A stretch of DNA of 64,000 bases, taken from positions 1,086 through 65,085 of IMG/VR virus record IMGVR_UViG_3300008110_000072. The stretch is one strand, 5' to 3'. Positions 35,901-46,153 of the stretch are shown piece after piece. The position numbers were made by a program, and so were the translations under genes. How positions within the stretch are numbered: the stretch's first letter is position 1; every line of letters begins with the position of its first letter. The DNA is from a virus (taxonomy: Duplodnaviria > Caudoviricetes). A model generated the notes under the pieces. The model did not search any database. It worked only from the letters and a program-made list of their open reading frames with translations, and was not told the origin of the DNA.

Positions 35901-38525
35901 TCTGTACTTGGCAAAGACAAAGACACCTTGCAGCGCATATTAAACTCGCTCAAAGCGTTTGATGAAACAGGAATCGTATACGACCTCGGCAACATTGTAG
36001 AAACAGTGAGGGCATTAAACGATGCTAAGAAGCTGCGGCAATCCCCTATAATTGCAAAACTTCAAAGACTTGCTGCCGGAGGAATATCTACAAAGCTGCA
36101 GTTTCAAGGAATGAATGCGGCAGATGTTCGCCGTATATTGTTTGGCGGATGGGATAGAAAGGCCGCCGCAACAACCGCAGACAACAATCGTCAAAGGCTT
36201 GAAATAGATGTTAAGTTTGACAAGCTTGATATAAATCTGGAGGACAGGTTTGTGCTTGGCGCATACGCATTCTTTAAAGAGCTAAGCGGCAACCAGTCTG
36301 CCAGTTTAAAAGCAGATGTGCTTGCAGACCAGATGAATGATTTGCAGTCGCGCATAGAAAATGCGGCCCTTTACGGCAGCGATAGCGAATCCGTAAACAT
36401 GTATCGCCACTACTATACAGGAGCAACACAAGCTCTTGTAAAACTCGGCGTAATTAGCAGAGTGGGGGACAAGTGGAAAGGTAATGAGGATTTTAATATA
36501 GAGGCAAATGTCAGCGATAAAGTGAAGCAGGCATGGGAGTATAGCAGAGAGATTCTTCAAAGCAAATTCCCAGAATATGCTGCTGCTATGCAATCGTATC
36601 ATGGCCGGAGCTTTGACGAAATTGAATCCTACTGGCCCAGAACATTTATCCGTACAGCGGAGCGTTCATCAGAATTGGAAGATGTATCTACCCAGCTACC
36701 GGAAATGGGCAATCTTGGAGGAGAGGGAGTTGGGCAAAGCAAAGAGATTGCAAATAGAAACCGTGGCCGCAGCCTGATGCCAAGAATGGGAGGTTTCTAT
36801 GTGCTGGATGGATACGAGACGCTTGTAAATGGTTTGTGGGACATAAACGCTACGGCTAACATGTCTGCCGAATACGCATATACAAATGCGTTGGTAAACA
36901 AAACCACGCTGGTAGAAAATCAAGAAACAAACACTGCGCTCAAAAAGTATATGGTGAGCAGTATACGCGGTATACTGAAAGACCCGCTGCTGTTTGTTGA
37001 TACCCGGAATGATTGGCAGAAGGCTACAAGCATTTTAATGAATGCAGCCACCACAACAATCCTGAATAACTTTACGCAATTGGCTAAGCAGCCAATGGCA
37101 ATCACACAGGGGTTTGTAACCAATCCTAAATCCTCTTGGCAGGCCATAAAGCTGTTAGCAATGGCTATAAAAAATCCTGAGCTTCAAACGGCGTTAAATA
37201 AATTCTTTAACAACACAAGCGAGCCGTATACAAGCCAGCTTGCGCACATTGAGCTTGAGACGGCATATCAGGTGCAGCCTAATAAGTATGTGCGCACGGT
37301 GAATAACGCATTGGATTTTCTTCGCCCGCAAACGCTTATAGCGGCCAACCGTTTTACGCAGCGTGTGCTATTGCTTAGTGAATACTTAGCAGAGCGTGGG
37401 TATTCAAATGATGGCATGAAAATACTGCAGGATGCCGCAAATGGATTTGATGCCACGGCTCTTGCTGCGGCAGAAAACAATGCAGAAGCAGCTAACAGCA
37501 CAGCCAACAGACACTTCCTTCCAATGGAGTTAAAGGAGGCCAAGCAAATGAAGAAGTTCCTTTACTTTTTAGGGACATACACATTCGTTGCCGTGAACGA
37601 GTTTTTCAATAATGTAAACATTATTGTAAGCCCCGGATATACGGCATATCAAAAACGCGTAGCATGGACGCAGGCGGGAGGATTTGTCCTGCAACAAATC
37701 ATGTTCCAGATTGTTTCAAAATCTATATACGAAGGCATCCGCGAAATGGGTAGGGACTTGGATTGGCTGGAAGAGGAAGACCCAGAAGCAAAGAAAGAAC
37801 GGCGTGAAAAGTATTGGTATCAAACTCCAGCGCAAGTGTTTATGGATATAGCTACCGGATGGCTTCCATCTGTGTATAGCGACAGTATAAAGCTAAGCAC
37901 AAACTGGTTTGTAGAATACATGCAGGATAAGTTTGCTGAGACGGAAGAGGATGCCAAAAAGAAAGTGGAACTTATATTTAAGCGGGCAGACCAACTACCG
38001 GGACCAATAGGTGTGGTAGTGCCTATGCTTGAAAATGTTTGGAAAGCTGCAGAATCAAAAGATGCAGAATACTTGGCGTATACAATGGGTATGGCGGCCT
38101 CTATGGCTCTGCAGTTGGGTGATGCGTATTACATCCTAAAACTGAAGTCGCAGGCTGTAAAGGGGCTGCTATCCGCAGAGGGTAATGAGGATGTGTTTAA
38201 AGCTATGCGTCACACGAATCCATCACAATACAAATCGTATGTAGACGAGGTGAGGCGTGCTGGAGTTCCGGATGAAGTGTTGCACTATATGGCATGGAAG
38301 GAAGGCGAGAGTGGATATTATGTTCCTGCCAAAAACGCGGCAAGATTTTACAAGCTATTCCAGCAAAACTATAACGAAGAGTATAGCTATTTAAAAGGCA
38401 ATAGCGAGGGCATGTCTGACACAAAAATTAAACAGAGTGCCAGAAACGCTGCTGCCGCATCTACGCAATACGAATTCGACCCAGTTGAAATTGATTTAAC
38501 AGAAATCCTCAAAAGCAAAAAATGA
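32898..38525 (+). CDS. Giant polyvalent virion protein (LPD23-like plus two zincin-like motifs)
   Basis: TGWERGADGDWRFEI; HELQHFIQRQEGF..AGETEARNVQ; TPIHEIAGH..EALA. Confidence 0.7.
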   Translation: MKDCLYTPKNSKKDYSYDEFRAYLLRNHSWWSDVAKDLAPSVLSYKQATAASVSAAPTTEGKPTATPTSTQTAKNKVVLSKTTQRIKAGFDAITKAMGLKPKVEFLSAEQAKQMLATRNDLNKLIAGYKMTRQDLQAAIKFGIANELEQKGYSASDIKLQTGWERGADGDWRFEIGDAKIKKSAFQNIIENNEWMFDNLEMAEQNPEMFETTFRLGDLIGANSEIFKKYPEAKQLTVVVHPLSGDDGGTEYGDYIHSKKLINIYLRGMDIGDITVDDIESSLNHELQHFIQRQEGFSAGSTPSAFEFDTPVGESTKDWAWKLYQHLAGETEARNVQKRRGMSAAQKLASLLEETEDVPRINQIKGIKPVGLLWTEGVDFTIGPNGEIISGASEEWESFKQGFNWKEFDSDYTDYEYLKSPDGRVLGFVAKTPEGGYQIYIDPTAVGSETPIHEIAGHIFLPLIKEVAPEVYNRGVELVKGSEYEKRLKGLGYAFKTKEETYAEALAQAVGDRGAKLTASLKDKFLEWLKTMWQKVGDILKINITPEKLQSMKLGEFADFIAGSIVYGQELSEMEASPMVAPPGNTLFTPEQADALIEQNINTAYETVITTNPKMATLGRDAYRMQAAKKIADNYNNIIAAIKQDVKAYLTKGGSGIQKYTGAAAEFIKTIATEVKKAAIIAAIAISGIVGTMKAMDTNAFVAAANSIKTELVNSGILSPAVAKESATQIKNEIAKAFEGATDGKSNKPSAPPIEAIVFAAAIPIATRKRVYAAIKGMNLADAKEAATNVMQQDGVSQEDINAVNAQIDERYGAVSDAQLLANHIEKLRAAQKLTAAQAKSLMHHFRNFLNSEEDLQEAMEFVDRLSEQKNLMEKLAKAKVAFRKLKSIRNSKKLTIYDKQLAGKLATPKYYLLSEEEMDKVIAMANDFYDSRLSSKAGRYTAEEMINFFDEVGAKRPKRTRRTTGSRRATTVAMLQFSVEQALADFARRLPLAAELSRMDLSVLGKDKDTLQRILNSLKAFDETGIVYDLGNIVETVRALNDAKKLRQSPIIAKLQRLAAGGISTKLQFQGMNAADVRRILFGGWDRKAAATTADNNRQRLEIDVKFDKLDINLEDRFVLGAYAFFKELSGNQSASLKADVLADQMNDLQSRIENAALYGSDSESVNMYRHYYTGATQALVKLGVISRVGDKWKGNEDFNIEANVSDKVKQAWEYSREILQSKFPEYAAAMQSYHGRSFDEIESYWPRTFIRTAERSSELEDVSTQLPEMGNLGGEGVGQSKEIANRNRGRSLMPRMGGFYVLDGYETLVNGLWDINATANMSAEYAYTNALVNKTTLVENQETNTALKKYMVSSIRGILKDPLLFVDTRNDWQKATSILMNAATTTILNNFTQLAKQPMAITQGFVTNPKSSWQAIKLLAMAIKNPELQTALNKFFNNTSEPYTSQLAHIELETAYQVQPNKYVRTVNNALDFLRPQTLIAANRFTQRVLLLSEYLAERGYSNDGMKILQDAANGFDATALAAAENNAEAANSTANRHFLPMELKEAKQMKKFLYFLGTYTFVAVNEFFNNVNIIVSPGYTAYQKRVAWTQAGGFVLQQIMFQIVSKSIYEGIREMGRDLDWLEEEDPEAKKERREKYWYQTPAQVFMDIATGWLPSVYSDSIKLSTNWFVEYMQDKFAETEEDAKKKVELIFKRADQLPGPIGVVVPMLENVWKAAESKDAEYLAYTMGMAASMALQLGDAYYILKLKSQAVKGLLSAEGNEDVFKAMRHTNPSQYKSYVDEVRRAGVPDEVLHYMAWKEGESGYYVPAKNAARFYKLFQQNYNEEYSYLKGNSEGMSDTKIKQSARNAAAASTQYEFDPVEIDLTEILKSKK

Positions 38526-41500
38526 TACACAGAATCAATAGTGTAGCCCCGGATGTGGACGACCGGGTGATTAAGCCTAATCAAGCACGCAGTGTTAAAA
38601 ACCTGCGTTTTGGGTCGTCTGATGATGATAGCAATTTAAGTGGTGGCATACTGGTAAACGGGATAGAAGAAAAGACTGTAGCAAATCAGGCAATTAATCC
38701 ATATGCCGCAGAGGGGTTTTCTGGAGCCGATAGTAAACCAAAAGCACTTGGCTATTTTATTGATTATGAGGGAGGCAAAATATATGTAGCAATATATCGC
38801 GAAAGCCCCGTTGCTGGTCAATATGATAATCGCCACCAGATTGTGCAGATAGATATTAAAACAGACGCTGCTACGCCAGTGGTTGTAGGACAGTGGCTGA
38901 ACTTCCAAAAAGATTCATCTGTATCAATTGCGTATATAGACGGTAAAATCTACTGGACGGATAATATTAACGAGCCGCGAATGGTGAATGTAAATAAAGC
39001 CATAGCGACATACACTAATACAACCAGTAATCCACTGGATATGGGCCAAAAGTTCTATCCGTTAATAATTCCGGGTGAGCAGTTTCCGGCTTTGTGGGCC
39101 TATAGTCAAATAAAAAGAACGCCACAGGGAGTTATGGAGATTGTATATAATAATACAACCTTTCCGCCAAATGGTACTTTTAACTATTATTGGATTACGC
39201 TTGATAGTAGCATTCCAAAATATTTAAACCGCAACTGGATTGTAGATACGCCATATCAGTTTTCATATTATTATGTATATGACAACAACGAGGAAAGCAG
39301 GCTTGCTCCGTGGACTAAAGCCGTGTACCAAACATCAAATCTTACAATAAGCATTCCATCGAGCGAGTTTTATTATCTTAATTTGTATACAAACACAATT
39401 GTAAAAGAGGTGGTGTTTGTAATGAGACAGGGGTACGAAGGGTTAATATACAACATATACAAATTTAAACTTAGTGATGTTGCATGGCCGCCTACTTCTG
39501 GGAATATAGACTGGTTCCCAATTAAATATAAAATAAATAGAATTGATGGCGTGGATAAAACCCCAACGCCTGCGGATGTGTATTTGCAAAGATATGATAG
39601 CGTACCATTACTATCGCGTAATAACACAATTGCTAATAATATTCTCAATCACGCAAATGTAAAGCTGGATTACGAAACATATGGAACTATAAAATTTACA
39701 GCAGCCGCTTCTCAGGATAAAACACAAAAACAAAAAATTACGGTTGGATATACGCCGGAATCGCAATTTGACTTAGATGTATACAAAACATTTCGTCCGG
39801 GTTCCACATATACAATCGGAATGCAGCTAATTGATGAGTATGGAAGATGTTCACCGGTTATAAATACCCAATCCGTAAGCATTCCAAATCCCAAATATGG
39901 GTGTTCACTACTTGCAATTGTTCAAGACAGAATTACTGGTGTAAAATATTATAGACCAAATTCATCAGATGTAATTACAGATGATATTGGCGGTAAGGTT
40001 AATACTTGGCCGAATGTTTATAATGTATACAATATAGATATAACAGTAAGCGGAAGCTTGCCATCGTATGCAAAATATGTACGGTTTTGTATGACAAAAA
40101 ATCAAAGTGTACAATTTTTTCATAAAACATTTGCGCGGCTGTATTATTGGTATCAACACAATCAAGAAGAATCTATTTTTATTGAATCCTATTTGGCAAT
40201 AAAAAACTATATAAACTTTAATAGTCAGGGAGATATTCTTAAAAACACTCAAAGAATAAATACGGACGCTAAATATGTTTTTAGAGGTTATGGATTAGAA
40301 CTATGTGATAATGTTCCATTTATTTATAATAGCGCGGAAGAACAGTATGTAAGGATAGCAAGAACCATTCAGGCTGCCCAAGATATAAATGTAACTGCAA
40401 CCTCCCTTAATGAAACAGTAGAATTTCTTGAATACAAAATAGCGGGAGTTGAGGGCGGTAGTGTTCTATTATTGGAAGAGGGGTTTAGCGATATAAAATT
40501 TTACGCAGGGTATCAATTCGGTACTATAAATAAAATTCAACCATGTTACCATATAATTGAAATATATACAAAAAAGAAAGAGCAAGAGGTTGTTTTTTAC
40601 GAAGTCCCAGCCAAAAATATTACCGACAACACATATAAAATATATGGCGATTGCTATTTATCATATGTCCAAAAAGACATATTGCCCCAAAGCATTCCAA
40701 GATATACATTAAAAAATTATGATACAACAAAACAAATATGGATTTGCGAGGAGAATCAGGCGTACTCCGATAGCGGATATACATACACTGGGTATTTTTA
40801 TTCAATGAATCCAACAAACATATATAATGAAAAATGGAATTCGGATTTAGGATTAGAAAATATTGCAGACACTGGGACAACCGTTCCTACAAAATATCCA
40901 TATAGCATCGTATTTAGCGATAGTTATAATGTAGGTAGTAAAATAAATAATTTAAATAGGTTTAACCCTCTTAACATACGGCAAACCCCTGCAGAAAACG
41001 GTGAGCTAACAAGTTTGGTTTTGACCAATGCCCAACAAGACCAGCCCGGTGTGCTGCTTGCTATTGGGACGCTTGGAGTGAGCAGCTTTTATTACAATGC
41101 CGTACAACTTACAAATGTAGACGGAACAACCAATCTCGCTACAACAGACCAGCACTTAGCCTCGCAACGCCCACTTATCGGGCAGTTTGGCACAAGCAAC
41201 CAGCTTAGCATAAGCAAAACAACTTTTGGTAATGTATATTGGTGGAGCGATGTAGTGAATGATTTTATTCGTTATAGCCGCGCTGGGTTGGAAAGGCTTG
41301 GGCTTACATATATGTTTGCCAACAAGGCTCGTATAGATGCGCAAGACAAAAAGGTAATTACTGGCTATGACTTCCTTATGGATGAGGCCGTAATGATTCC
41401 AGATGGCGGCAACGCATTTGTGTTCAGCGAAAGGTTTAAAACTTTTCAAGGGTACAGGGAATATTTTGATGGATTGCAGGCAACGCCAGAAATGATGATT

Positions 41501-41929
41501 GGAACGCCTACAAAAACCTATTTCTTCCTAAACGGATTACTGCATGCCTCATCTGTAGATGCAGAAGAGAACAAATTCTTTGGCGTGAAGTATAATCCTG
41601 TGATTGAAATTATTACAAACGAATACCCCACCGTAATTAAACAATGGAATTCTGTGCGCGTGTTTGGGCCTAAGCCAGTGTATACGCAGCTTAAAGTTGG
41701 TACAGCAGAAGGCTTCTATCACCAGACAGAAATAAAAAATAGCTGGTGGATTAAGCGTAAGGGCGAGTACGATGCAGCAGTGCGCAGAAGCACAGTGGGT
41801 GGGGGTGATGGAATGGATGGGAAAGTTATGGAAAGTAGGATTTTATATTCTACCTTTGTATTCGATGCAAATGATTTTGATAAATTAAATTTTATTGAAA
41901 TTAAATCTAACACAGCAGTTACTCAATAG
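38522..41929 (+). CDS. Tail stabilisation / muzzle protein (P22 gp10-like, crAss type)
   Basis: DVDDRVI..N.R start, IYWTDNINEPR, YQFSYYYVY...ES, GMQLIDEYGR, WIKRKGEY. Confidence 0.8.
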   Translation: MIHRINSVAPDVDDRVIKPNQARSVKNLRFGSSDDDSNLSGGILVNGIEEKTVANQAINPYAAEGFSGADSKPKALGYFIDYEGGKIYVAIYRESPVAGQYDNRHQIVQIDIKTDAATPVVVGQWLNFQKDSSVSIAYIDGKIYWTDNINEPRMVNVNKAIATYTNTTSNPLDMGQKFYPLIIPGEQFPALWAYSQIKRTPQGVMEIVYNNTTFPPNGTFNYYWITLDSSIPKYLNRNWIVDTPYQFSYYYVYDNNEESRLAPWTKAVYQTSNLTISIPSSEFYYLNLYTNTIVKEVVFVMRQGYEGLIYNIYKFKLSDVAWPPTSGNIDWFPIKYKINRIDGVDKTPTPADVYLQRYDSVPLLSRNNTIANNILNHANVKLDYETYGTIKFTAAASQDKTQKQKITVGYTPESQFDLDVYKTFRPGSTYTIGMQLIDEYGRCSPVINTQSVSIPNPKYGCSLLAIVQDRITGVKYYRPNSSDVITDDIGGKVNTWPNVYNVYNIDITVSGSLPSYAKYVRFCMTKNQSVQFFHKTFARLYYWYQHNQEESIFIESYLAIKNYINFNSQGDILKNTQRINTDAKYVFRGYGLELCDNVPFIYNSAEEQYVRIARTIQAAQDINVTATSLNETVEFLEYKIAGVEGGSVLLLEEGFSDIKFYAGYQFGTINKIQPCYHIIEIYTKKKEQEVVFYEVPAKNITDNTYKIYGDCYLSYVQKDILPQSIPRYTLKNYDTTKQIWICEENQAYSDSGYTYTGYFYSMNPTNIYNEKWNSDLGLENIADTGTTVPTKYPYSIVFSDSYNVGSKINNLNRFNPLNIRQTPAENGELTSLVLTNAQQDQPGVLLAIGTLGVSSFYYNAVQLTNVDGTTNLATTDQHLASQRPLIGQFGTSNQLSISKTTFGNVYWWSDVVNDFIRYSRAGLERLGLTYMFANKARIDAQDKKVITGYDFLMDEAVMIPDGGNAFVFSERFKTFQGYREYFDGLQATPEMMIGTPTKTYFFLNGLLHASSVDAEENKFFGVKYNPVIEIITNEYPTVIKQWNSVRVFGPKPVYTQLKVGTAEGFYHQTEIKNSWWIKRKGEYDAAVRRSTVGGGDGMDGKVMESRILYSTFVFDANDFDKLNFIEIKSNTAVTQ

Positions 41930-41931
41930 AT

Positions 41932-42720
41932 ATGCCTCCTGAATATTCACCTTCTGATTATGCGCTACTTGGTCGTAGCGGATTGTCTAACGCAGATATT
42001 GCTGGATTAACAGGTCAATCGTTACGGCTCAACTGGCCTATGGCTGGAGCTGCATTGTTATCTGTAATCCCAAGCATATATCAATCATATGAGCAAGGAA
42101 AAGAATTAAAGCGTCTTAAAAAAGAGGGGCCACAGGATGTAACTCCAGAAGCCTTTAAAACATATCAATCTCAGGTAGCCAGAGAGGCGCTTAGTAGCAG
42201 ATTACCGGGAGAAGGAATTGCAAGAGACGAAATCACTCGTCAGCAGGCAATGACGCAAGCCAATATACAGCGTATGTCGCAAAACCCCGCACAGGCATTG
42301 CGTGCAGCAATGGCTCTAAATCAGCAAGGCGTGGCGGCTCGCAACCAGCTTACAATGGCTGGAGCGCGTGACCAAGCTCGCAGAAGAGCGATTGCTAACG
42401 AGGCTATGATGAAACGGGCAATGTTTCAGGAACAGGGAAGAAAGGAATATGCTGCCACAATTGGTGCTTTGGAAGCTGCAAAAATGCAAAACATAAATAA
42501 AGCTGTGCAGGGCGGACTTTCTGGATTGCTTAATTCGTTTGTCTTGGGCGGAGCGCGACAAGCTGCACCTCTGCCCCCACCTCCACCGGGCGCGACTGGC
42601 GGATTTACTACAACTGAAACCGGAAATGCAATTTACCAGCAGCCTTCGTATATAGGCATGGTGGGCAATACATTTGGAGGCAAGGATATACCATACGAAG
42701 ACACCGTACTATTTAGATAA
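41932..42720 (+). CDS. Putative internal virion (pilot/ejection) protein
   Basis: Ala/Gln-rich helical with hydrophobic ends. Confidence 0.5.
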   Translation: MPPEYSPSDYALLGRSGLSNADIAGLTGQSLRLNWPMAGAALLSVIPSIYQSYEQGKELKRLKKEGPQDVTPEAFKTYQSQVAREALSSRLPGEGIARDEITRQQAMTQANIQRMSQNPAQALRAAMALNQQGVAARNQLTMAGARDQARRRAIANEAMMKRAMFQEQGRKEYAATIGALEAAKMQNINKAVQGGLSGLLNSFVLGGARQAAPLPPPPPGATGGFTTTETGNAIYQQPSYIGMVGNTFGGKDIPYEDTVLFR

Positions 42721-42722
42721 TA

Positions 42723-45065
42723 ATGTACAGCCCAGATTTAACCGTTCCGTTTGAGGAAAAGAAAGACAAAGAGTACGGGCTACGCTTTGCTCGCGGGTTG
42801 GAGATGATGCATCTTCAGCAAGTTGCTTTGTTTAACAGTCCTCGGAGGAGGTGGGCGGAAAATTATCAATATGCTCTTGCAAACCAGTCGGTGTTGCGCA
42901 CTATACGCCCGATAGAAAATATATCGGGCAATGATGCGTTTACGCTTCCCGGAGCCGACCTTCGGAATGTGCATATAGCTCCGGCAATTGTGGATGCCAT
43001 AAATGGAAAAATGAATCGCATGCAGTTCAAGCCAAAGGTCACCATGATTGATGCGGTGAGCATGAACAAGCGCGATGAAATCCGGAGCAAAGCCGAAATC
43101 GTAATGATGCTCAAGAAAATGGGCTTTGAAACGGAAGAGGCAATGAAGGTGTATAATCTTACGCCAGAAGATGTTCCAATCGACCAAACAGAACTGGAGC
43201 TGAAAATGCAGATGGCTCCTCAGTTGCAGGCCGAATCTGCGCTGGAGCTTGGTATAGAATATGTAAGCCACGACAGCAAGCAAGAGGTGCTTGCTAAAAT
43301 GGTGGATAACGACCTTATCATCACATCGAATGGCGGATATTGGATTGACCGCACCGGAGGTAAACGCGTTATAAAAAGGCTTGACCCGCTAAATTCTGGA
43401 TGGAGTTTTAGCATGGTGGAAGATGCGCGAGATGTTGTGTTCGCATATACAATCGAGGCAGTTCCTATTACAAAGGTGATGTATGATGCCGCAGGATATT
43501 TGTCTCCAGAGGAGATGAAGCTTGTTCGCGGAGGTCGCTTTGACCTTATGTACAACTGGCTGTACACATGGAGCGCATTTTCAGAGGGCAGCACTCCGAT
43601 ATACAGCAGCACATATGTAGACTATGCACTGGTGATGTACTTCGAGTTTATCAGCGTAGATGATTTCTATGGCATGATAGACAAAAAGGGCCGGGCAAAA
43701 ACTGGATATACTGAAGACCCAAAAGCTAAGACGGTATTAAAAACCAAAACGCAAAATGTGTTTGGCGGAAAGTATATATGCGGCACAGGTCTGATATACG
43801 ACTATGGCGTAAAAGAATCAATCCGCCAGCCAATCACCAGCAATCCTGAAAATGTATACAGAACCAATCCTGCAAAAAGCTATGGAAGCTTTATTATATA
43901 TCAGGCCAACATGGTGCAGGGCCAGAACAAATCTGTAATCGACCGGGCCAAAAAACACATTGACATCATCCAGCAAACCGTAGAAAAGATTGATGTATAC
44001 ACTAAGGAGTTCATCCCTTGGATGACGGTGATAGACAAGGCGGCTCTCGCGGATTTTGCCACAGAAGAGAATGATGAGGAGATTACGCAAGACGACCTTA
44101 TTACAACAGCCCTGACAAAGGGGATTATCACTGTTGATTCGGGCAACCTGCGCGGAATAGCTACATCCTCCGGCAAGTCAATTGTACAGATTATTGCAAA
44201 TCAGGGAGGGCCAAATTTGCAATTGTTATTTAGCTTGCTTCAACAGCATATAGCAATGCTGCGTGATATAATTGGTATACCAAATGTTGAGCTTGGCGCT
44301 GCTCCAGTTTCTGAGCAGGGCAAATATGTTACGCAGGCTCAGCTTACCGGAAGTGATAATGTATTGCGTGGATTGATGTTTGCCAAGCTGCAATTGCACC
44401 AAAACCTCTGGGAGAATATTATGTACGACCTGATTGCTAACGGAGCGCAGGGCGTAATGAATAACAAAGTGTTCTCTATACAGCAGGGCAATCCGGATGA
44501 AATCATTCCAAACCTGAAGGTGGAGATTGCCCCAAGCGAACAACAATGGGGTGAGCTATACGCATTGGCAAATCAGGCTCTTGCTGCTGGAACAATTACG
44601 CTGGACCAAGTTGCCTATCTTAAAATGATAGACAATTACAATCAAGCGTATGCGTATCTGGCATTGCAGGAGAAGAAGGGCAAAATGCAGCAAATGCAAA
44701 ATGTCACAGCTAATGCAGAGGCGAATGCTAAAATACAGTCTGATGTTGCCGCCGTAGCTCAGCAGGGCAAGGAGAACTTAGAAAAGATAAAAATACAAGG
44801 CGACATTATAAAAGAGGTGGCAAAGTCGCTTATACAGAATCCAGCAAACGCATCCGCCGTGCAAGCAATTATGCCTTTAATGCTTATGTTTGCAACCAGC
44901 GAACAGCAACAGGCAATGGCCGCACAGATGCAACAACAGATGGCTCCGCAAGCACAGGGCGCTCCACAAGAGCAGCAACAAATGTCTCCAGAAGAGCAGG
45001 CTATGATAGAACAGCAGATGGCTCAGGAGCAGCAGATGCCACCACAGGAACAGCAAACATTATAA
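42723..45065 (+). CDS. Portal protein
   Basis: 780 aa; EEKKDKEYG, IDAVS..KR, RLDPLN, LRDIIGI; Q-rich tail; upstream of scaffold and MCP. Confidence 0.85.
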   Translation: MYSPDLTVPFEEKKDKEYGLRFARGLEMMHLQQVALFNSPRRRWAENYQYALANQSVLRTIRPIENISGNDAFTLPGADLRNVHIAPAIVDAINGKMNRMQFKPKVTMIDAVSMNKRDEIRSKAEIVMMLKKMGFETEEAMKVYNLTPEDVPIDQTELELKMQMAPQLQAESALELGIEYVSHDSKQEVLAKMVDNDLIITSNGGYWIDRTGGKRVIKRLDPLNSGWSFSMVEDARDVVFAYTIEAVPITKVMYDAAGYLSPEEMKLVRGGRFDLMYNWLYTWSAFSEGSTPIYSSTYVDYALVMYFEFISVDDFYGMIDKKGRAKTGYTEDPKAKTVLKTKTQNVFGGKYICGTGLIYDYGVKESIRQPITSNPENVYRTNPAKSYGSFIIYQANMVQGQNKSVIDRAKKHIDIIQQTVEKIDVYTKEFIPWMTVIDKAALADFATEENDEEITQDDLITTALTKGIITVDSGNLRGIATSSGKSIVQIIANQGGPNLQLLFSLLQQHIAMLRDIIGIPNVELGAAPVSEQGKYVTQAQLTGSDNVLRGLMFAKLQLHQNLWENIMYDLIANGAQGVMNNKVFSIQQGNPDEIIPNLKVEIAPSEQQWGELYALANQALAAGTITLDQVAYLKMIDNYNQAYAYLALQEKKGKMQQMQNVTANAEANAKIQSDVAAVAQQGKENLEKIKIQGDIIKEVAKSLIQNPANASAVQAIMPLMLMFATSEQQQAMAAQMQQQMAPQAQGAPQEQQQMSPEEQAMIEQQMAQEQQMPPQEQQTL

Positions 45066-45072
45066 TATATAT

Positions 45073-46116
45073 ATGAACGAGGATAATTTCCTGTTTGATT
45101 TTAGAGAAAATCCTGCTCCGGAAGAGCAGCAAACAGAAGCTGTTGAACAACAGCAAACAGAAACGATTGAAGGCTCCGAAGCCATTGCACCGGAAGGCGG
45201 GCAAGAATTGGAGCAACAAACGCAATCAATGGAAGAGCTTTTGGCGAGAATCGCCGAGCTGGAATCTTCACAACAAGTAGTTGAAAGAATCCCGCAAGAA
45301 GCCCTTGCTATTTTACAAGACAAGAACGCACTGAAAGAATTGGCAAAGGACTACGAAACTATGCCAATGATGGATTTGCTTAAAGAGGAGTTTCTTGACA
45401 AGAACCAAAAAGTGCTTGCATCTAATCCAGATTTGGATGTGGATATGGCCTTCAGGAGATTCCTGCAAAAGACTTACAATGCGGACATCGAACCCGCTAT
45501 TGATGAAAACTTTGGATTGGATGAGTATGATTATGCTCTGCTAAAGTCACAGGTGGACGAATTAAGGGATGCTAAGATTCAGAAGCAAGCGAGTTTGCAG
45601 TCAGCATTACGCACTGCCCCTTCAGGTGAGACAGATTCGGCTGCAACACAAGAGCAGCAAAGCGTAAATGGCGAGGATGAGTTCCAGCAAGCCATGCGCG
45701 AGTATGAACAGAGGCTCAATTCCTATGTAGAGACTGGGTTGAAAAATATCAGCCCGTCTGCGCCAGTTAGTATGCCCGATGGTATACAGCTTCCGGCTAT
45801 AGGGGAGGATGTATTGCGTAATATGATTAACACGCTTTCGGCTGAACAGCTACCGTTAATTGTTGCCGATGACAATAATGTATATCCCAACCTTTCTTTA
45901 TTGCGAGAACTTGCAGAATATCGGGAGTTGCAAAAAAATCTTCCGCAAATGTTAGCATCGTATAAAGAAAAAATCGTAGCGGAAGCATACGAAAATATTA
46001 AGAAAGGGATTGCAAATAAGGCAGATACATCAACAGCTCCTTCAAATCCATACACCGGAGATATTATAAGCCCACCCAACATGGGACAAAATATTATCAC
46101 GGGATTCAAATTTTAA
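45073..46116 (+). CDS. Putative scaffolding protein
   Basis: Acidic helical protein between portal and MCP. Confidence 0.65.
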   Translation: MNEDNFLFDFRENPAPEEQQTEAVEQQQTETIEGSEAIAPEGGQELEQQTQSMEELLARIAELESSQQVVERIPQEALAILQDKNALKELAKDYETMPMMDLLKEEFLDKNQKVLASNPDLDVDMAFRRFLQKTYNADIEPAIDENFGLDEYDYALLKSQVDELRDAKIQKQASLQSALRTAPSGETDSAATQEQQSVNGEDEFQQAMREYEQRLNSYVETGLKNISPSAPVSMPDGIQLPAIGEDVLRNMINTLSAEQLPLIVADDNNVYPNLSLLRELAEYRELQKNLPQMLASYKEKIVAEAYENIKKGIANKADTSTAPSNPYTGDIISPPNMGQNIITGFKF

Positions 46117-46153
46117 TTAATTTTGTCGTACAACTTAATCTACTTAACAGAAA